This document shows, piece by piece, positions 60,365-64,000 of a stretch of 64,000 nucleotides of DNA. The position numbers were made by a program, and so were the translations under genes. The stretch comes from Nitrosopumilus sp. (GTDB taxonomy: Archaea; Thermoproteota; Nitrososphaeria; Nitrososphaerales; Nitrosopumilaceae), in the NCBI GenBank assembly GCA_965206745.1, contig OZ242220.1, positions 128,001 to 192,000 of the forward strand, written 5' to 3'. Below the pieces are notes generated by a model, which had not been told where the DNA came from, did no database searches, and saw only the letters and a list, made by a program, of their open reading frames with translations. The stretch's first letter is position 1. Each line of letters starts with the position of its first letter.

Positions 60365-61258
60365 CTAAAATCTTGGAATGACTCTGGATTTTGCAGTTAC
60401 TGCTATGATGCTAATGATTGCAACAGCTAGTATCATCATTGCAATTGTTCCAAATTCTGGTACAATGTTTGAGTATGCAACTTCTTCACCAATTGGTCCT
60501 GTCTTGGGACTACTTACACCATAACCTTGGAAGGTAACCTTGATGTCTACTGGATCAGAAGAACTGAGCGGCGCTGTAGTATGATCGCCTTTACCGTCAT
60601 GTTCATGTGCGCCTTCATCATTCAAAACCTCTTCACCGTTCTGTGTAACCATTATGTCATAGTTGACATGTTTTGCATCGTCAAATTCGATGGAAACATC
60701 CATCATTTCCCCTGCAGTTGGTGCTGAAGTCCAGATTGAGACCATTGTAGCGTCAGATAGCATTCCGGTTGCAGATGCATCACCGTCGCGCATCATTGTC
60801 TTGTCATCTCCTGGTTCGTTGTGGTCACCTGAATCATCATGATCACCTCTAGATTCCCCTTCTACTATGATTGTACCTATCATCCAAGTATGTAATGTAC
60901 AATAGTATGGCACTTCACCAGCTTCTTCTGGAGTCCATTCTGCAGTTTCTCCTGAATTTATGATACTTGTATCAAATTCACCTGTTGGTGAAGGAGTAAA
61001 ACCGTCTACGGTTCCTGCTGTGAATGTGTGTATCCCAGTTGTGTCAGTATTTGAGAAAATTACTTTTCCACCCACATCTACTGTCGCAATAGATGGAGTA
61101 TAACATCCCTCTGCCACACAATCCTGACCAAAGCCGGATCCCTCTACTGTTCCTATTGTTACTTCTGGATGATCTGCAAAAGCAGCCGGTGTCATTGTGA
61201 TGATACCTGCTACGATAGCAAATAGCACGAAGAAAGAACTAAGTACTTTTGTCTTCAT
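60365..61258 (-). CDS. Blue-copper (cupredoxin) protein with PEFG-CTERM
   Basis: H...YYCTLHTWM type-1 Cu ligands; VPEFG + TM. Confidence 0.9.
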   Translation of the reverse strand: MKTKVLSSFFVLFAIVAGIITMTPAAFADHPEVTIGTVEGSGFGQDCVAEGCYTPSIATVDVGGKVIFSNTDTTGIHTFTAGTVDGFTPSPTGEFDTSIINSGETAEWTPEEAGEVPYYCTLHTWMIGTIIVEGESRGDHDDSGDHNEPGDDKTMMRDGDASATGMLSDATMVSIWTSAPTAGEMMDVSIEFDDAKHVNYDIMVTQNGEEVLNDEGAHEHDGKGDHTTAPLSSSDPVDIKVTFQGYGVSSPKTGPIGEEVAYSNIVPEFGTIAMMILAVAIISIIAVTAKSRVIPRF

Positions 61259-61316
61259 TAAACGAATTATTTGATGGGATCCATAAAAACTTCACTAGAA
61301 TTCCCAGAAATAGGAA

Positions 61317-62708
61317 CTAGTCCTTTCTAATCTGGTATACCTTTAGGATTCCAAATACTGGAATTCCTACATACATTGCCAAATTCAAGGCAATCACAGA
61401 TATTCCAAGTCCCAGGACTTTGGCCTCTGAACCCTCATCAGCTAGCGACATTATGGACAGCGTTGAAAGCATCGGGGTGATCATGACCTTTACTGCCTCT
61501 TTGAACATTGGATTCTCCCTCTCCCAATCCGAGACAGTTGGTGCAAATGAATAGTATAGTGTGTTAAATCCGCTCATAAATGCGGTGCCAGAAGCCGTAC
61601 TGAACAGTGTATTATCCCTTATCTCTCTGAGCATCTGAACCTGTGGTGCAAGTTCGGTTCCGTATGCTGCAGTTGCAATTAGACATCCGCTATCATCTTC
61701 CATCATCTTATCATCATCCATCATCTTATCATCTTCCATCATCTTATCATCTTCCATCATAGCATCATCGCCCATCATAGCATCATCGCCCATCATAGCA
61801 TCTTCACCCATCATCTTATCATCATCCATCATCTTATCATCATCCATCATCTTATCATCTTCCATCATAACATCATCTTCCATCATAACATCTTCACCCA
61901 TCATCTTATCATCATCCATCATCTTATCATCATCCATCATCTTATCATCTTCCATCATAACATCATCGCCCATCATAGCATCTTCACCCATCTTATCTTC
62001 CATCATCTTATCATCTTCCATGATCTTATCATCTTCCATCATAACATCATCGCCCATCATAGCATCTTCACCCATCTTATCTTCCATCATCTTATCATCA
62101 TCCATGATCTTATCATCTTCCATCATAACATCATCGCCCATCATAGCATCTTCACCCATCTTATCTTCCATCATCTTATCATCTTCCATCATCTTATCAT
62201 CATCCATCATAACATCATCGCCCATCATAGCATCTTCACCCATCTTATCATCTTCCATCATTTCATCATCATGATCCTTTGCATCATCATGATCATCTCC
62301 AGATTCTCCTTCTACCATGATTGTACCGACCATCCAAGTATGTAATGTACAATAGTATGGCACTTCACCAGCTTCTTCTGGAGTCCATTCTGCAGTTTCT
62401 CCTGAATTTATGATACTTGTATCAAATTCACCTGTTGGTGAAGGAGCAAAACCGTCTACGGTTCCTGCTGTGAATGTGTGTATCCCAGTTGTGTCAGTAT
62501 TTGAGAAAATTACTTTCCCACCCACATCTACTGTCGCAACAGATGGAGTATAACATCCCTCTGCCACACAATCCTGACCAAAGCCAGATTTCTCTACTGT
62601 TCCTATTGTTACTTCTGAATTGCCTGCAAAAGCAACTGGTGTCATTGTGGTGATACCTCCTACAATAACAAATAGCATGAATAAAGAATAACCTGTTTTA
62701 ATTTTCAA
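61317..62708 (-). CDS. Cupredoxin with Met/Asp-rich repeat linker and CFI-box-CTERM domain
   Basis: YYCTLHTWM; ~195 aa of MMEDDK-type repeats; GCLIATAAYG...LREIRD. The TTG start is inferred. Confidence 0.88.
   Translation of the reverse strand: MKIKTGYSLFMLFVIVGGITTMTPVAFAGNSEVTIGTVEKSGFGQDCVAEGCYTPSVATVDVGGKVIFSNTDTTGIHTFTAGTVDGFAPSPTGEFDTSIINSGETAEWTPEEAGEVPYYCTLHTWMVGTIMVEGESGDDHDDAKDHDDEMMEDDKMGEDAMMGDDVMMDDDKMMEDDKMMEDKMGEDAMMGDDVMMEDDKIMDDDKMMEDKMGEDAMMGDDVMMEDDKIMEDDKMMEDKMGEDAMMGDDVMMEDDKMMDDDKMMDDDKMMGEDVMMEDDVMMEDDKMMDDDKMMDDDKMMGEDAMMGDDAMMGDDAMMEDDKMMEDDKMMDDDKMMEDDSGCLIATAAYGTELAPQVQMLREIRDNTLFSTASGTAFMSGFNTLYYSFAPTVSDWERENPMFKEAVKVMITPMLSTLSIMSLADEGSEAKVLGLGISVIALNLAMYVGIPVFGILKVYQIRKD
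61693..62280 (-). repeat. Degenerate 15/18-bp tandem repeat encoding MM[EDG][DE]D[KVA]
   Basis: Visible CATCATC-rich periodicity with higher-order blocks. Confidence 0.95.
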
Positions 62709-62768
62709 TGTTGAATCTCTTATCAGGACACATAAAAACCTCACTAGGATATATACCCAAAATAGGCA

Positions 62769-63775
62769 TTAATCCTTTCTAATCTGGTATATCTTTAGGA
62801 TTCCAAATACTGGAATTCCTACATACATTGCCAAATTCAAGGCAATCACAGATATTCCAAGTCCCAGGACTTTGGCCTCTGAACCCTCATCAGCTAGCGA
62901 CATTATGGACAGCGTTGAAAGCATCGGGGTGATCATGACCTTTACTGCCTCTTTGAACATTGGATTCTCCCTCTCCCAATCCGAGACAGTTGGTGCAAAT
63001 GAATAGTATAGTGTGTTAAATCCGCTCATAAATGCGGTGCCAGAAGCCGTACTGAACAGTGTATTATCCCTTATCTCTCTGAGCATCTGGACCTGTGGTG
63101 CAAGTTCGGTTCCATATGCTGCAGTTGCAATCAGACATCCGCTATTATCGGCACCTTCCTTGTCGGTATCTTTTTCTGTAGGGGTGCTAGGTACTACAGG
63201 ATCTGGTTCAATCACTGCAGGATCTGGTTCAATCACTACAGGATCTGGTTCAATCACTACAGGATCTGGTTCAATCACTACAGGATCTGGTTCAATCACT
63301 ACAGGATCTGGTTCAATCACTACAGGATCTGGTTCAATCACTACAGGATCTGGTTCAATCACTACAGGAACCACTTCAGCTTCCTGTATCACTAGTATGC
63401 CTAACATCCAAGGATGCACCAGACAAAAATAATCATATTCTCCTAATTCAAAACCAGTCGTATCCAATGTTTCGGATTCACTGCTTGTAATAAACCTGAA
63501 TCAAATTTATCACTTGTACCATCATATGCATTTCCACCAGTAAATGTGTGGGGAACACTATCCGTATTTGAGAAAATTACTTTGCCACCTACATCAATTG
63601 TCGCGATACTTGGAGTGTAACATCCATCCAGGTCTTCGCAACCTACATCTTTAGATCCTGCTACAGGTACAACTGTAATCTCTGAATTGCCTGCAAAAGC
63701 AGCTGGTGTCATTGTGGTGATACCACCTACAATAACAAATAGCATGAATAAAGAATAACCTGTTTTAATTTTCAA
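62769..63775 (-). pseudogene. Frameshifted cupredoxin + (VVIEPDP)8 + CFI-box-CTERM gene
   Basis: Two ORFs join into FDSGLLQAGESETLDTTG...YFCLVHPWM if one G is restored at ~63481. Confidence 0.8.
63199..63366 (-). repeat. 21-bp tandem repeat x8 encoding VVIEPDP
   Basis: GGATCTGGTTCAATCACTACA x8 with one substitution. Confidence 0.97.
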
Positions 63776-63832
63776 TGCTATATGTCTCATCAGGATACAT
63801 AAAAACTTCACTAGAATTCCCAGAAATGGGAA

Positions 63833-64000
63833 CTAGTCCTTTCTAATCTGGTATACCTTTAGGATTCCAAATACTGGAATTCCTACATACATTGCCAAAT
63901 TCAAGGCAATCACAGATATTCCAAGTCCCAGGACTTTGGCCTCTGAACCCTCATCAGCTAGCGACATTATGGACAGCGTTGAAAGCATCGGGGTGATCAT
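63833..64000 (-). CDS. 3' end of another CFI-box-CTERM protein (partial)
   Basis: Matches 61317-61484 essentially exactly. Confidence 0.85.
   Translation of the reverse strand: MITPMLSTLSIMSLADEGSEAKVLGLGISVIALNLAMYVGIPVFGILKVYQIRKD

Noticed and set aside
63199-63366. Possible CRISPR array
   Set aside because: The 21-bp units are contiguous with no spacers and are in-frame coding sequence.
62020-63432. Plus-strand Ser/Ile- and ITTGSGS-repeat ORFs
   Set aside because: Antisense readings of the coding repeats.
1-64000. tRNA or rRNA genes
   Set aside because: No cloverleaf or rRNA signature was recognised by eye; tRNAscan-SE and Infernal were not run.

Overview
Archaeal DNA, most likely from an ammonia-oxidising Nitrosopumilaceae (Thaumarchaeota/Nitrososphaerota) genome. 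Support: amt, split A-type ATPase genes, PEFG-CTERM proteins, egsA, proteasome beta, aCPSF1 and the archaeal PoK/PPS CoA pathway. A secreted serpin and IS scars hint at a host-associated (e.g. sponge) lineage; this is inference. Most of the window is core housekeeping sequence. Four accessory zones stand out. (1) An AT-rich defence island (~905-7330) has three tandem copies of a promoter + 47-aa mini-antitoxin-like ORF + GNAT toxin unit (one GNAT intact, two truncated), IS630 remnants, small inverted-repeat elements, and an McrBC pair whose McrB carries a HARE-HTH inside its AAA+ module, bracketed by 105-bp direct repeats. (2) A secreted MORN-repeat protein and a serpin (21.4-24.8 kb). (3) An IS6-like MITE and a solo end around a small PepSY-like gene (29.9-30.3 kb). 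(4) A metal locus (52.6-64 kb) ends in a tandem array of cupredoxins built from near-identical, reshuffled modules (signal, Cu domain, repeat linker, PEFG- or CFI-box-CTERM anchor). No rRNA, tRNA or CRISPR array was recognised. All calls are by eye; no searches were run.
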